Part shown: one piece after another, positions 9,038 through 18,343 of the stretch | Numbering within the stretch: position 1 is the first letter of the stretch | How the letters are laid out: each line of letters starts with the position of its first letter | Assembly (NCBI GenBank): GCA_965197585.1 | Contig: OZ240215.1 | Span: 576,001 to 640,000, forward strand | Reading direction: 5' to 3' | DNA length: 64,000 bases | DNA from: Dehalococcoidia bacterium | GTDB taxonomy: Bacteria; Chloroflexota; Dehalococcoidia; Plut-88900 | Position numbers and translations under genes: made by a program | The notes under the pieces: model-generated | Told to the model about the DNA's origin: nothing | What the model saw: only the letters and a program-made list of their open reading frames with translations | The model's database searches: none

Positions 9038-10072
9038 TTAGTCGCTGAACAGGGGCATAATCTCCCGGTTGATCCGCCTCATCATCCCCTTCTTGTCGAT
9101 GATGGTGAATAGCACCGTCGAGATGTTGTTGACTCCCAGGGGGAGCACCCCTGATATCTGCTCCCCGATATCGTCGGGGGTGCCGGGCATCAAGTAGAAG
9201 TCGATCAGTCTTTGGGATGCCAGCTTGGCGTGGTCGGCGTCCGTCTTCTCGTGCTGGTACGGGTCGAAGGCTTCGTAGGCAATCCGCATCTCGTCTATAA
9301 GACCCGGCTCCGCACGCTCGATACGCTGGCGCAGGTCCTCTATCTCGGGGGCTTTCCGACGGAACAGCGACCCATAGAAACTGCAGGCCCAGCTCATGGC
9401 GTAGGATGCCACCTCCCGGCGAGCCTCCTCCTTGGAATCGGCCACCAGGATCTCCGTCCTTGCCCAGATGTCTATTTCACCCGGGTCCCGACCCACGGAC
9501 TCCGCACCTCGGGCAATCTGCTCCAGGTTCCATTTCATCATCTCCGGGTGTACTCCCCCGAGCATCACACCGTCCGCCAATTCGCCCGCCATCCGCAACG
9601 AGCGTAATCCTATGGATGCCATGTAGACAGGCACCGGTTTTCGTATCCATTCCGAGTGCATCTTCGATCCGTGATACTCCACTTCCCGCCCTGCGGTGTA
9701 GTCCTTTATGAACTGCACCGTATCTCGGAACTCCTGCATGGTTCTGGCGTTCATGCCCATAGTCATCACCGAGCTGAACCCAGCCCCGATTCCCACGAAC
9801 GCCCTGCCGCCCGACACCTCGTTTATCGTCGCTGACGCGGTCGCCGTCACCGATGGGTGCCGTGTAAACGGGTTCGTCACTCCGTGCCCGATCTTGATCC
9901 GATTCGTGTTGAGCGCCGCGAGGGTCATCATCGAGTACACATCGCGGGAGAGGTTTTGGGAGTCGATCATGGTCAGGTGGGAGAAGCCGCAGTCTTCCGC
10001 CAGCCTCGAGTGAGATGCCACCTCTGAAATGGCCAAGTTCCGGCCCATGCCTACACTGAAATCTGCCTTCAT
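9038..10072 (-). CDS. LLM class flavin/F420-dependent oxidoreductase (Mer-like)
   Basis: DSQNL, GVTNPFTRHP, SGGRAFVGIGAG and GELADG motifs. Confidence 0.9.
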   Translation of the reverse strand: MKADFSVGMGRNLAISEVASHSRLAEDCGFSHLTMIDSQNLSRDVYSMMTLAALNTNRIKIGHGVTNPFTRHPSVTATASATINEVSGGRAFVGIGAGFSSVMTMGMNARTMQEFRDTVQFIKDYTAGREVEYHGSKMHSEWIRKPVPVYMASIGLRSLRMAGELADGVMLGGVHPEMMKWNLEQIARGAESVGRDPGEIDIWARTEILVADSKEEARREVASYAMSWACSFYGSLFRRKAPEIEDLRQRIERAEPGLIDEMRIAYEAFDPYQHEKTDADHAKLASQRLIDFYLMPGTPDDIGEQISGVLPLGVNNISTVLFTIIDKKGMMRRINREIMPLFSD

Positions 10073-10105
10073 CGGCTGTTCTCCCCTGGGGCTACGCTTG
10101 CGGGC

Positions 10106-11875
10106 CTAAGAGTCGACGACCGGCAGCACGAGCCGAGAAGGGTGCGCCGCATCATGCAGTACCGTCTGAACACCAGTGACGGCATCAGCCGCCGACGCCC
10201 TATGCGCTTGGCTTCCCGCCCCGAGGTTTCTGGCAAAAGCTGGGAAATTACTAGACGCGACCCGCAGTCGTATCGACTGCCCCGGCTGGAATGCTATGGA
10301 GGTTGGGCCCAGGTCAATCGTGTATTCGTAAACTTGGCCCGGTTCTATCGGGGAAGGCACTTCCAGCGATTCTCGGTACGACGCCCTCAATATCCCTTCG
10401 CACACGTTGTAGGATGCGCCACTCGGCTCGACCACGCTAACCGTTACTGCCCAGTCCGTGTCCCGCGCCGACGATGCCGCCCACAAGACTAGCTGGACCT
10501 GCCCTGTCACTTCCAGCCGCTTATCCATCGGCGCGGAGGTGTAAATCAGCACATCCTCCCGAACCTCGGCGGCCGTCTGCTCCATCGAACCCGCCTCAAC
10601 AAAGCCCGGTATCCCGCGGACGTAAGGCCCACCGACTGTCGGGACAGGGTTCAGAGGATTGTGCAGGTAGGAATCGCCGGGCTCTTGTTCTTTGGGCGAC
10701 TCGATGCTGAGCGATCCATCCCCGTTACGGCTGTTGGCTCGACCCCCGCTGCGGAGGAAGAAGGACGTGTCCCGAGCCGTGGGAGGCCAGGACTCGGCCT
10801 CTTGCCATTGGTTGTCGCCCATCGTGAAATAGTAGGCCCGCGGGTCGGCGGTAATCCCGTTGTCCTCCCCCTTCAGCCAGTGGTCGTACCACGCCAGCAC
10901 CATCCCGTGATAGTCGATTCCATCTCCCGACGCCCCGCCCCCGAAATACCGCTGTCCTGCGTTGGCGGGAAGCAGGTGGCTGTGTATCCACGGGCCCAGG
11001 ACCATGTGCTGCTGGTCCCGTACAGCGTCAGTCGACCCATTTTCTTTCAACCATCCGTAGGAGCGCAGAGTTCCCCTGATGAAGCTGTCGAAATACCCGC
11101 CGATGCTCAAGACAGGCACGCGAACGTTGGCTAGCCGGTCCCACGCCCCGATCCTCTTCCAATAATCGTCGTACGTCGGATGGTCTATCCAGTCGTAGTA
11201 GTAATCTGCGACTTTCTTCAGGCCGGGCATGTCCCGAATGGGCAGGTGGCTCGACAAAGCCATCGGCTCGCGGGCCCATTTGCGCGTCTCGGCGACGGCA
11301 TCCTTCAGCTCGGGGGGCGTATCTGCGAGGTTGTCCAGCACGAAGCCCGCCGACCAGTGACCCGTCCACCACAACCCGAAGGCTCCACCCAGGTACGTCC
11401 AGCTGTCGTAGAGGTCGGCCGAGGTCAAGCCGGGCGCAATCGCCCTGAGGGATGGCGGGGACTCGGCGGCGACCAGCCATTGCGTGGCCCCGTGATACGA
11501 CATCCCGAACATACCCACATTCCCGTCGCTCCACGGCTGGGCAGCGCACCATTCCACGGTGTCGAATCCGTCCTGACCATCAAACCTGAACGGGTACCAT
11601 TCCCCCTCCGAGGCATGTCTGCCCCTCACGTCCTGTATCACCACCGCATACCCGCGAGCCGCCGCTCTCACGACGTCCAGGTGCAGTGTCCGATACCGGG
11701 GCTTGTGCTTTCCGTAAGGTATCCGGGACAGGAGCACGGGCCACTTTCCCGGGCCGCTCGGGCGATACACGTCCGCCCGGAGTACGACGCCGTCACGCAT
11801 AGGAACGGCGACATTCGTCTCACCTGTTAGAGATGTGGCCCGCGTGTGCTCTACTTTGCTTCTTCTAGGCAGCAA
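10106..11875 (-). CDS. CocE/NonD family serine hydrolase
   Basis: VPMRDGVVLRADVYRP, QDVRGRHASEG, GMSYHG nucleophile elbow, GPWIH, SSNFP. Confidence 0.93.
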   Translation of the reverse strand: MLPRRSKVEHTRATSLTGETNVAVPMRDGVVLRADVYRPSGPGKWPVLLSRIPYGKHKPRYRTLHLDVVRAAARGYAVVIQDVRGRHASEGEWYPFRFDGQDGFDTVEWCAAQPWSDGNVGMFGMSYHGATQWLVAAESPPSLRAIAPGLTSADLYDSWTYLGGAFGLWWTGHWSAGFVLDNLADTPPELKDAVAETRKWAREPMALSSHLPIRDMPGLKKVADYYYDWIDHPTYDDYWKRIGAWDRLANVRVPVLSIGGYFDSFIRGTLRSYGWLKENGSTDAVRDQQHMVLGPWIHSHLLPANAGQRYFGGGASGDGIDYHGMVLAWYDHWLKGEDNGITADPRAYYFTMGDNQWQEAESWPPTARDTSFFLRSGGRANSRNGDGSLSIESPKEQEPGDSYLHNPLNPVPTVGGPYVRGIPGFVEAGSMEQTAAEVREDVLIYTSAPMDKRLEVTGQVQLVLWAASSARDTDWAVTVSVVEPSGASYNVCEGILRASYRESLEVPSPIEPGQVYEYTIDLGPTSIAFQPGQSIRLRVASSNFPAFARNLGAGSQAHRASAADAVTGVQTVLHDAAHPSRLVLPVVDS

Positions 11876-11910
11876 TCATCCGCTCCTCCGGTCCCCTCTC
11901 CCTTGACGGG

Positions 11911-11960
11911 TGTATAGACCGGGGACATAGGTTACACATGTTCGGGGACATGGGTTACAC
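11911..11960. mobile_element. Orphan IS481-like terminal fragment with two tandem 18-bp repeats
   Basis: Begins TGTATAGA, then CGGGGACATAGGTTACAC (11920-11937) and CGGGGACATGGGTTACAC (11943-11960). No transposase is nearby. Confidence 0.5.
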
Positions 11961-11976
11961 CAATAGGCTCAAAGCC

Positions 11977-13149
11977 CTAGCCTGCCACCATAGGAGTCGG
12001 CTTGGACTCTTTCCTGAACTGCGGCATCACCTTAGTCCCGAACATCTCCAGGGAGCGCATCACCTTGTGGTGGGGTATGCCGCCGCCACCGGGGAAGTTG
12101 GTCAGAAGGTGCTTCACGCCGCACACTTCCTGTAGCTCGTGGATCTTCTCGGCTACGTGATCGGGAGGGCCGGCGAGGAACTGGCGCTCATTCAAAAAGT
12201 CCCAGTCGAGCTTCATGTCGGGTGTAGGCTTCTCCCCCGGATTCATGTAGAACCGCAGGGACTGGGTAACGTCGGTGTGGAAGCTGCTCACGAACCCGTG
12301 GGCTGCGAGGAACGCCTCTTCTGCGTCGTTCTTAGCCTCCTCCATGGAATCCGCCACGTATGTGTTCCTTTGCACCGCCCACCCCTCCCCCAACCCAAAT
12401 TCCCGACCCTCCCTCTCCGACCGGATGGACGCATAGATCTCGCACCATTCCCGTATCTGCAGGACCGAGGGCCTCCAGGTAACCGCGTTAAAGCCCAGCT
12501 CCGCAGTCTGTTTTAAGGAGTTGGGCGATGATACCGTACCCCACAACTGAGGATGAGGCTTCTGGTACGGCTTCGGGAAAATGGCGAGTTTCGTGATTAT
12601 CCCGTCCTTGGTCGCCCGGGGGTCAGGCGGAGCGTAGGGCGTGTTCCACGGTATCCCCGGCGGGGGCAGCGTCCAGTTCTCGCCCTGGTGGGAGAAGACA
12701 TCCTCCGTCCAGGCCTTGACCAGAATCTCGATGTTCTCCCGCATAAGCTGCCGAGACTTGGCTTCGTCCCTGGGGTCGGCGTTGGCGTGGAAGGGCACAG
12801 TGTCCCGAGGCCAGGGCCCTCGGCCAAACCCGATCTCTATCCGGCCTTCCGTGAGATGGTCCAGTGTGGCCACGTCCTCGGCCAGTCTCAGGGGATGCCA
12901 AAGGCTCGGGACCAGGCAGGCAAACCCGATACGGAGGTTCTTGGTGCGGCTCGCCATGTCGGCGGCGACCATAAGCGGGTTGGGGGAGTTGCCGAACCCC
13001 TCCAGACCCAGGTGGTGCTCCCCGAGCCAGAGGTAGTCGAAACCCAACTCCTCCATCATCAGCACATACTCCCTCATCTCCCTAACGAGTTGGTCGTATG
13101 GAGTGGATAGGCCAGGGTCCCTGAACATGAAGACGCTGCCGAACAGCAT
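11977..13149 (-). CDS. LLM class flavin-dependent monooxygenase (luciferase alpha-like)
   Basis: WLGEHH, HPLRLAEDVATLDHLTEGR, PKPYQKPHP. Confidence 0.92.
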   Translation of the reverse strand: MLFGSVFMFRDPGLSTPYDQLVREMREYVLMMEELGFDYLWLGEHHLGLEGFGNSPNPLMVAADMASRTKNLRIGFACLVPSLWHPLRLAEDVATLDHLTEGRIEIGFGRGPWPRDTVPFHANADPRDEAKSRQLMRENIEILVKAWTEDVFSHQGENWTLPPPGIPWNTPYAPPDPRATKDGIITKLAIFPKPYQKPHPQLWGTVSSPNSLKQTAELGFNAVTWRPSVLQIREWCEIYASIRSEREGREFGLGEGWAVQRNTYVADSMEEAKNDAEEAFLAAHGFVSSFHTDVTQSLRFYMNPGEKPTPDMKLDWDFLNERQFLAGPPDHVAEKIHELQEVCGVKHLLTNFPGGGGIPHHKVMRSLEMFGTKVMPQFRKESKPTPMVAG

Positions 13150-13254
13150 CTGCTCTACCTCACTTATATCTACGTGTTTAGCTCAAGGTGTTTGGGGTCG
13201 GGGGGGATTATATGTGAATCCACCACTCAATTGAACCGAGTCCCCGAAACCGCT

Positions 13255-13593
13255 CTAATCGTGCCCGTGCCTCGATTCCTCTTCCAGCCACATCATCCGC
13301 CCGTTCATGCTCTCCTCCGTCACGAGACCCTTCTCCAAGGCAACCTTTTCCAGCGCCGAGAGCCATTGCTGGTAGTAGGAACGCCCATCCTTGTCCTTCT
13401 CCGACTCCTTGATCGCCGTGACCAGGGCTTCCCTGAACTCCGGCCACTCCACTACACCTGCATCGCTCAGACTGACGGCCAACCCGAAGGCACGGCTTTC
13501 CCACGGCATCTCGAATACCAATTCGCCGTTCTTCCGCGGCAAAGCCACCTCCCCACCCATCCCCGAGATTTGACTGTCTGTTAATTTCTCCAT
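13255..13593 (-). CDS. Nitrile hydratase accessory/activator protein (P14K/NhlE-like)
   Basis: LPRKNGELVFEMPWESRAFG...W.EF...YYQQWLSALE; His-containing C-terminus. Confidence 0.9.
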   Translation of the reverse strand: MEKLTDSQISGMGGEVALPRKNGELVFEMPWESRAFGLAVSLSDAGVVEWPEFREALVTAIKESEKDKDGRSYYQQWLSALEKVALEKGLVTEESMNGRMMWLEEESRHGHD

Positions 13594-13594
13594 T

Positions 13595-14053
13595 TTATAG
13601 TTGCGCAATCTCGCTAGGTGAGACTGTTACAGATCCCGTTGCGCCGTTGTACTCCATAGTCAACATGCCAAGGAAATCCCTGCCTAGCAAGGCAAAAAAG
13701 GGTGTTCCACTGGAACGCAATGGAATACCTGCAAACAGCCCGTCAAATGTGACTCCCAGGCTTGGTATATGAAGCTGAGCTTGATGTGATTCAGTAAGTT
13801 GAGGGCCGTGTATCCCGACTATCGCCCTACTGTCCACAATCGGCAACTCTAATGCTCTCGCTAGTGTGGCATCAACACAGCTCTCGGTAGCTCCTGTATC
13901 TATAAGAGCCAGGTATTGGCGTTCAGAGAAGCCTGACAGCACGTCTTCTTCGGGGGTGTAGTTTGGATCAAATCCAACCTGCACCCAGACGCATGGGCCT
14001 TCGTAAGCTAAACGGTCGGGCTCATTGGGGAACCCGCATTCTATAGATGGCAT
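13595..14053 (-). CDS. Retropepsin-like (clan AA) aspartyl protease
   Basis: ALIDTGA catalytic motif and LLGRDFL. ATG 14053 overlaps the upstream stop (TGATG). Confidence 0.85.
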   Translation of the reverse strand: MPSIECGFPNEPDRLAYEGPCVWVQVGFDPNYTPEEDVLSGFSERQYLALIDTGATESCVDATLARALELPIVDSRAIVGIHGPQLTESHQAQLHIPSLGVTFDGLFAGIPLRSSGTPFFALLGRDFLGMLTMEYNGATGSVTVSPSEIAQL

Positions 14054-14289
14054 CACCGGATCCCGTACATGATGCGTGATGAGAGGCGCAAAGGCCCTTC
14101 GCCTATTCTCTTTAACAGGTACGGGCCTCGGCCAAACCGCTTCCTCGCCACAGCTGCTGCCTTCTGAAAGGTCTCGTAGGTGCCAATCAACTTCTGGTCG
14201 TGGACCAATACCCATTCGCCCTTGTGATTCGCTTCCAGGTCGTCGCGCATCATTTCGTAGGCGATGATCTCTTTTTCTATGATAGCCAT
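14053..14289 (-). CDS. DUF5678-like small protein
   Basis: 78 aa; L...HKGEWVLVHDQKLIG.Y.T...A...A...FG..PYLLKRI pattern. Confidence 0.7.
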   Translation of the reverse strand: MAIIEKEIIAYEMMRDDLEANHKGEWVLVHDQKLIGTYETFQKAAAVARKRFGRGPYLLKRIGEGPLRLSSRIMYGIR

Positions 14290-14371
14290 GGTAATTACCC
14301 CTGTCGGTCGATCATGTTAGCAAAATTCTCTGGCTGCCCCTACTCCGTTGTTTGCTACTGGCGCCGACTTG

Positions 14372-15004
14372 CTAACCCCTCCCCACCGCCTCCGGCATCC
14401 GCGCCTTGGCCACCCCGACCATGGAGTCCCTGGTCACCAGCTCGGCCAATTCGTCTTCGCCCATCCCTTCCGTCCCGGATGGCCGCTCGGGCAGAACCAT
14501 GTATCTGATCTCTGCGTTGCTGTCCCAGACCCGCAAATCGATCGACTCCTCTACATCCAACCCGAATTCTTTCAGCACTTCTCGCGGCTCGATGACCATA
14601 CGAGACCGGTACGAGAAGGACTTGTACCACGTCGGCGGGAGGCCGAGCACCGGCCACGGGTAGCATGAGCACAACGTGCAAACAACGGCGTTGTGGACAT
14701 TCGCCGTGTTCTCCAAAACCACTATCTCCGAACCTTCTGCTCCCTGAAACCCCAGTTCTGCGATGGCCTTGGTACCGTCCTCTAGCAAACGCGCTTTGTA
14801 TTCCGCGTCGACCCACGCCCGGGCCACGACCCTGGCTCCGTTCATGGGCCCTATGTCCTCTTCGTAGGTCTTCACCAGCGCGTCGATTGCGTCCGTGGTG
14901 ACGTAACCCTTCTCCACAAGCAGGGATTCCAGGGCCTTGGTCCGCAGGGAGGCATAGGACTCCGCCTCGTGCTCGTGGTCATGATCGTCGTGGTGTTCGC
15001 TCAT
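14372..15004 (-). CDS. nthA: Nitrile hydratase alpha subunit, cobalt type
   Basis: [10 protein letters not shown] metal-binding motif (Thr/Tyr indicates Co-type), [20 protein letters not shown]; His-rich N-terminus. Confidence 0.97.
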   Translation of the reverse strand: MSEHHDDHDHEHEAESYASLRTKALESLLVEKGYVTTDAIDALVKTYEEDIGPMNGARVVARAWVDAEYKARLLEDGTKAIAELGFQGAEGSEIVVLENTANVHNAVVCTLCSCYPWPVLGLPPTWYKSFSYRSRMVIEPREVLKEFGLDVEESIDLRVWDSNAEIRYMVLPERPSGTEGMGEDELAELVTRDSMVGVAKARMPEAVGRG

Positions 15005-15007
15005 TGC

Positions 15008-15688
15008 CTAGTCCTCTGAGTCCAGATAGCTGTCCCACATGTCGATATAAACCGATTCCGTCTCCGATGCCTCCTCGCCCCACAGCTCCCGCGCCTCGAA
15101 CCTGACGTTATAGATGTGCTGAGGCTGGGGGCCGAGCCCCTGCGCCTTGGTGTCGTCGAAGCTGTGTACTCCGTGCAGCCGGGTCACGACACCTGATCTT
15201 CCCCGTATATATCTCGGCAGCCGCGTGTGGCCCTGCGGGTTGATGGTGCGTGCCCGCACCCGGTCCCCGACCTTGAATCTTGGCTCCGCCTCGGTCTCCC
15301 GCTGCGGAGATCTGTGCCTGTAAATGGCCGCCGCCATAGTGGAAGCCTGCTCGGGGTCTTCATGGCGCTCGGGTGCGGACTTCGGGTCACTTGCGAAATG
15401 CGCAGTACGGCGGTCAATCTCCTCCCTGGTGGTAACGCCCTTGCTGACAAGGGCGTCTTCCAGCGCACCCATCCACCTTTCGTAGTAGCTTGACCTCAGA
15501 TAACGCGCCGGCTCCAGTTCTTCGATGAACGGCCTCAGTCCGCCGGGGGCCATGAGCCGTTTCTGCCCCGCAGCGATGGCCATCGCGTATACCCGACCCT
15601 CCCAAGGCTCGTGGAAGACGGGCTCATCCGTCTCGATGGGCACGGGCCCAAACCCGTGCATGCCACCCATGTCGTGGATTCCGTTCAT
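15008..15688 (-). CDS. nthB: Nitrile hydratase beta subunit
   Basis: MNGIHDMGGMHGFGP, FHEPWEGR, SYYERW, GHTRLPRYIRG, ELWG. Confidence 0.97.
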   Translation of the reverse strand: MNGIHDMGGMHGFGPVPIETDEPVFHEPWEGRVYAMAIAAGQKRLMAPGGLRPFIEELEPARYLRSSYYERWMGALEDALVSKGVTTREEIDRRTAHFASDPKSAPERHEDPEQASTMAAAIYRHRSPQRETEAEPRFKVGDRVRARTINPQGHTRLPRYIRGRSGVVTRLHGVHSFDDTKAQGLGPQPQHIYNVRFEARELWGEEASETESVYIDMWDSYLDSED

Positions 15689-15718
15689 ATCAAGTCTTGC
15701 CTTGCTGCTGATGCCGTA

Positions 15719-16708
15719 CTAAGCACCCGTGAGCTCGCTGGTTTTGGTAGCGTTTCTCAAAGACTCCAAATTCACATACGTGTACTTCTGTGTAAACGCA
15801 GTTCCCTTGCCGCTTTTGCTCTTCTTATCGTTCTTGACGGGGCCTACAAGTTTAAATGTCTCTTCGTCATCAAAACCGCTCAGAAATATCCACTGATGAG
15901 CTCGACTAAAGTGGATTTGAAAGAAATCTCGCATTTCTTGCGTTACACTATTCTTCTTCATTTCAAATTCGGCTTTAAGTTGCTCTGCAAAAGCCCTTTG
16001 CTCTCCGTCAAGTGATTCGATTTCGCCTGGCTTGTCAAGGGTTAGGGGTTTGATCACGGATTTTATCTTGGCGACTCTCGGTTTGATCTCGTTGTCCTTA
16101 GAAAAGGCAATATACCCAGAGGGTCGAAATGACCAACTGCCGGGACACATGTATACGCTGAACTCCTTGTAAGCTGGCCACGCCGCCTTTGCGGCCAGCA
16201 CCAACACCCTAGACTCGTAAGAGCCTACTAATCCATCCTGCTTTAGCATACGAACAAGTTCTCTGAGCAAAAACGCCTCCTTTTCGGAAGCGGGCTCGTC
16301 CTCATCACCAAGTATCCCTTGCACACTTGTGATTAATCTCTGGAAGTTTGACCAGTGCACCCCTTCATCCAAAAGTGGTGGCCGATTCTCGTCTGGTGTG
16401 AGCAGCAGCAACTTCTCACGACCAGTTAGGCTTTGCAAGTGATTCTTAATCTGTACGTGGTTCACACTGTTATGCCACGTTTTAGTCTCTATCCAGACAG
16501 CGGGACTAGTCCGAATTTTGGCATCGGGCCTTGATGATTTGCCTTTCGGTTGGTTTTCAAACGAGATCAAACTAAAAGTCTTCTCATTGAGCAACCCTTG
16601 AAGGATGCGGTCCATATTGGGCAAACTCAACCTCTCAAGGACAGCCAAAAAAGTGGCCGTGACTCGATTTTCCCCCTGCTTATAGACGGAAAAAAGCGAA
16701 GTAGTCAT
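15719..16708 (-). CDS. Hypothetical protein with N-terminal PD-(D/E)XK nuclease-like domain
   Basis: ENRVT...RPDAKI...WIETK signature; visibly more AT-rich than its flanks. Confidence 0.6.
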   Translation of the reverse strand: MTTSLFSVYKQGENRVTATFLAVLERLSLPNMDRILQGLLNEKTFSLISFENQPKGKSSRPDAKIRTSPAVWIETKTWHNSVNHVQIKNHLQSLTGREKLLLLTPDENRPPLLDEGVHWSNFQRLITSVQGILGDEDEPASEKEAFLLRELVRMLKQDGLVGSYESRVLVLAAKAAWPAYKEFSVYMCPGSWSFRPSGYIAFSKDNEIKPRVAKIKSVIKPLTLDKPGEIESLDGEQRAFAEQLKAEFEMKKNSVTQEMRDFFQIHFSRAHQWIFLSGFDDEETFKLVGPVKNDKKSKSGKGTAFTQKYTYVNLESLRNATKTSELTGA

Positions 16709-16711
16709 TCA

Positions 16712-17920
16712 CTAGGCCGCCAGCTCGAACAGTGCTGCCACCCCCTGGCCACCGCCCACGCACATCGTCTCCAACCCGAGCTTCGAGCCCCGGCGCTTCA
16801 TCTCATACAACATCGTTGCCAGGATCCGGGCCCCGGTGGCCGCTATGGGGTGACCGAGGGATATCCCCGACCCATTAACGTTCAGAATCTCGTGGATGTC
16901 GTCCCTGGGGGCCTGCCATTGATGCACGACGGAGAGTACCTGGGAAGCGAAGGCCTCGTTCAACTCGATCAAGTCGATGTCTCTCCACCCGTATCCGGTC
17001 TTGGCAAATAGCTTGTTGACTGCCGGCACAGGCCCGACCCCCATGTAGGCCGGATGCACCCCCGCCGACGCCCAACCCCTCAGGTAAGCCATCGGCTCCA
17101 GCCCTAGCTCGTCCAGCTTGTCCACTGCAACTACAAGACATACCGACGCAGCGTCGTTCTGTGAGCTGGAGTTGCCCGCCGTGACCGAGCCATCCTTCAT
17201 CAATGCCCTCAGCTTGCCCAGCGATTCCATAGAGGTGTCCTTGCGGGGCCCTTCGTCCGCTTCGAACATCACGGGTGGGCCTCGACGCTGGGGTACGGGA
17301 ACCGGAACTATCTCATCCTTGAACTTGCCCGCCTCTACTGCGGCCACAGCGCGCTGATGGCTGCGCAAGGAATACTCGTCCTGCTCTTCCCTGGAAATCT
17401 CATAATGATCGGCAACGTTCTGCGCCGTCCCGATCATCCCGGCAATGTAGCCGAACCTCTCCTCCGGAGAGGAAGCTTCCCTGCTCCTTACCAGCCGGTC
17501 GTGGAGAGTCATGGACCCCATCCGGCCTCCCCACCGAGCCTTGGTGGTGTAGTATTCGACCCCGCTCATGCTCTCCGCTCCGCCCGCGATCACCACGTCG
17601 GCGTTATCGGTTTGGACAAGCATTGCAGCATTCAGTATGGCCTGAAGCCCCGACGAGCACCTCCGGTCCAACTGGTAGCCTGTTACCTGTAGCGGTAGGT
17701 CGGCCTTCATGGCGCACAACCTACCAATGGCCGGGTTCTCCCCGCTGGAATACCCGTGTCCCAACACAACCTCGTCAATTCTCTCCGGGTCCACCCCGGA
17801 CCTCGACACCGCCTCCCGGATAATCAAGGCCCCCAAGTCCTCTGCAGGTATGTCTTTGAGGGTTCCCCCGAACCTCCCGACGGGCGTGCGAACAGGGCTG
17901 ACAATGGCTACTTCTCTCAT
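16712..17920 (-). CDS. Acetyl-CoA C-acyltransferase (thiolase)
   Basis: [20 protein letters not shown] and MCVGGGQG catalytic motifs. Confidence 0.95.
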   Translation of the reverse strand: MREVAIVSPVRTPVGRFGGTLKDIPAEDLGALIIREAVSRSGVDPERIDEVVLGHGYSSGENPAIGRLCAMKADLPLQVTGYQLDRRCSSGLQAILNAAMLVQTDNADVVIAGGAESMSGVEYYTTKARWGGRMGSMTLHDRLVRSREASSPEERFGYIAGMIGTAQNVADHYEISREEQDEYSLRSHQRAVAAVEAGKFKDEIVPVPVPQRRGPPVMFEADEGPRKDTSMESLGKLRALMKDGSVTAGNSSSQNDAASVCLVVAVDKLDELGLEPMAYLRGWASAGVHPAYMGVGPVPAVNKLFAKTGYGWRDIDLIELNEAFASQVLSVVHQWQAPRDDIHEILNVNGSGISLGHPIAATGARILATMLYEMKRRGSKLGLETMCVGGGQGVAALFELAA

Positions 17921-18076
17921 GAAATATGACCTCCGATTTAGTGTCGGGACTGGTGTCCCATATCTTACAGCATCCCCGATCCCTTGCCCTTACCGTGGAC
18001 CCTTCTAGTTGATTAGCAATCCTTAAGTGGGCCAACTGATGAAGACGGGGTTTGCAACTTGCCAATAGCAGCAGTC

Positions 18077-18117
18077 TTGATTGATTTAGTCAAACAGGCA
18101 CGAATTTTTGATTGTTT
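18077..18117 (-). promoter_or_regulatory. Candidate operator motif, copy A (CAATCAA...TCGTGCCT-N12-CAATCAA)
   Basis: Reverse complement aligns with 39067-39106 (see findings). Confidence 0.45.
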
Positions 18118-18280
18118 TAGGGAGAAAATTTTCATGCCATGCCCGGGAGTAGGTGCGGGTGTTGCGGAACGTTACGAGGATGAACATGGGTATGTGACAT
18201 TATAGGTGAGAGGGGCGAGGTTCAGGCAATAGGCTCGTGTCACAGTCGGGGCTGCTTATCTGCCGTTTATGCCTCCGTAA

Positions 18281-18298
18281 GCTCAGGATGAGCGGCCC
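18281..18298 (-). repeat. Dispersed REP-like repeat (GGGCCGCTCAYCCTGAGC)
   Basis: Reverse complement matches the copies near 24537 and 24773 with one mismatch. Confidence 0.65.
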
Positions 18299-18343
18299 AT
18301 TCGCCGGGGGGCAGGCACGAGACCTGCCCTTACTAGGGAGGGG

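Noticed and set aside
14316-14376. GTTAGCAA...TTGCTAAC inverted repeat as a possible integron attC site
   Set aside because: The order is opposite to attC (RYYYAAC...GTTRRRY), there are no L boxes and no integrase; one arm is the nthA stop and the other a likely -10 element.
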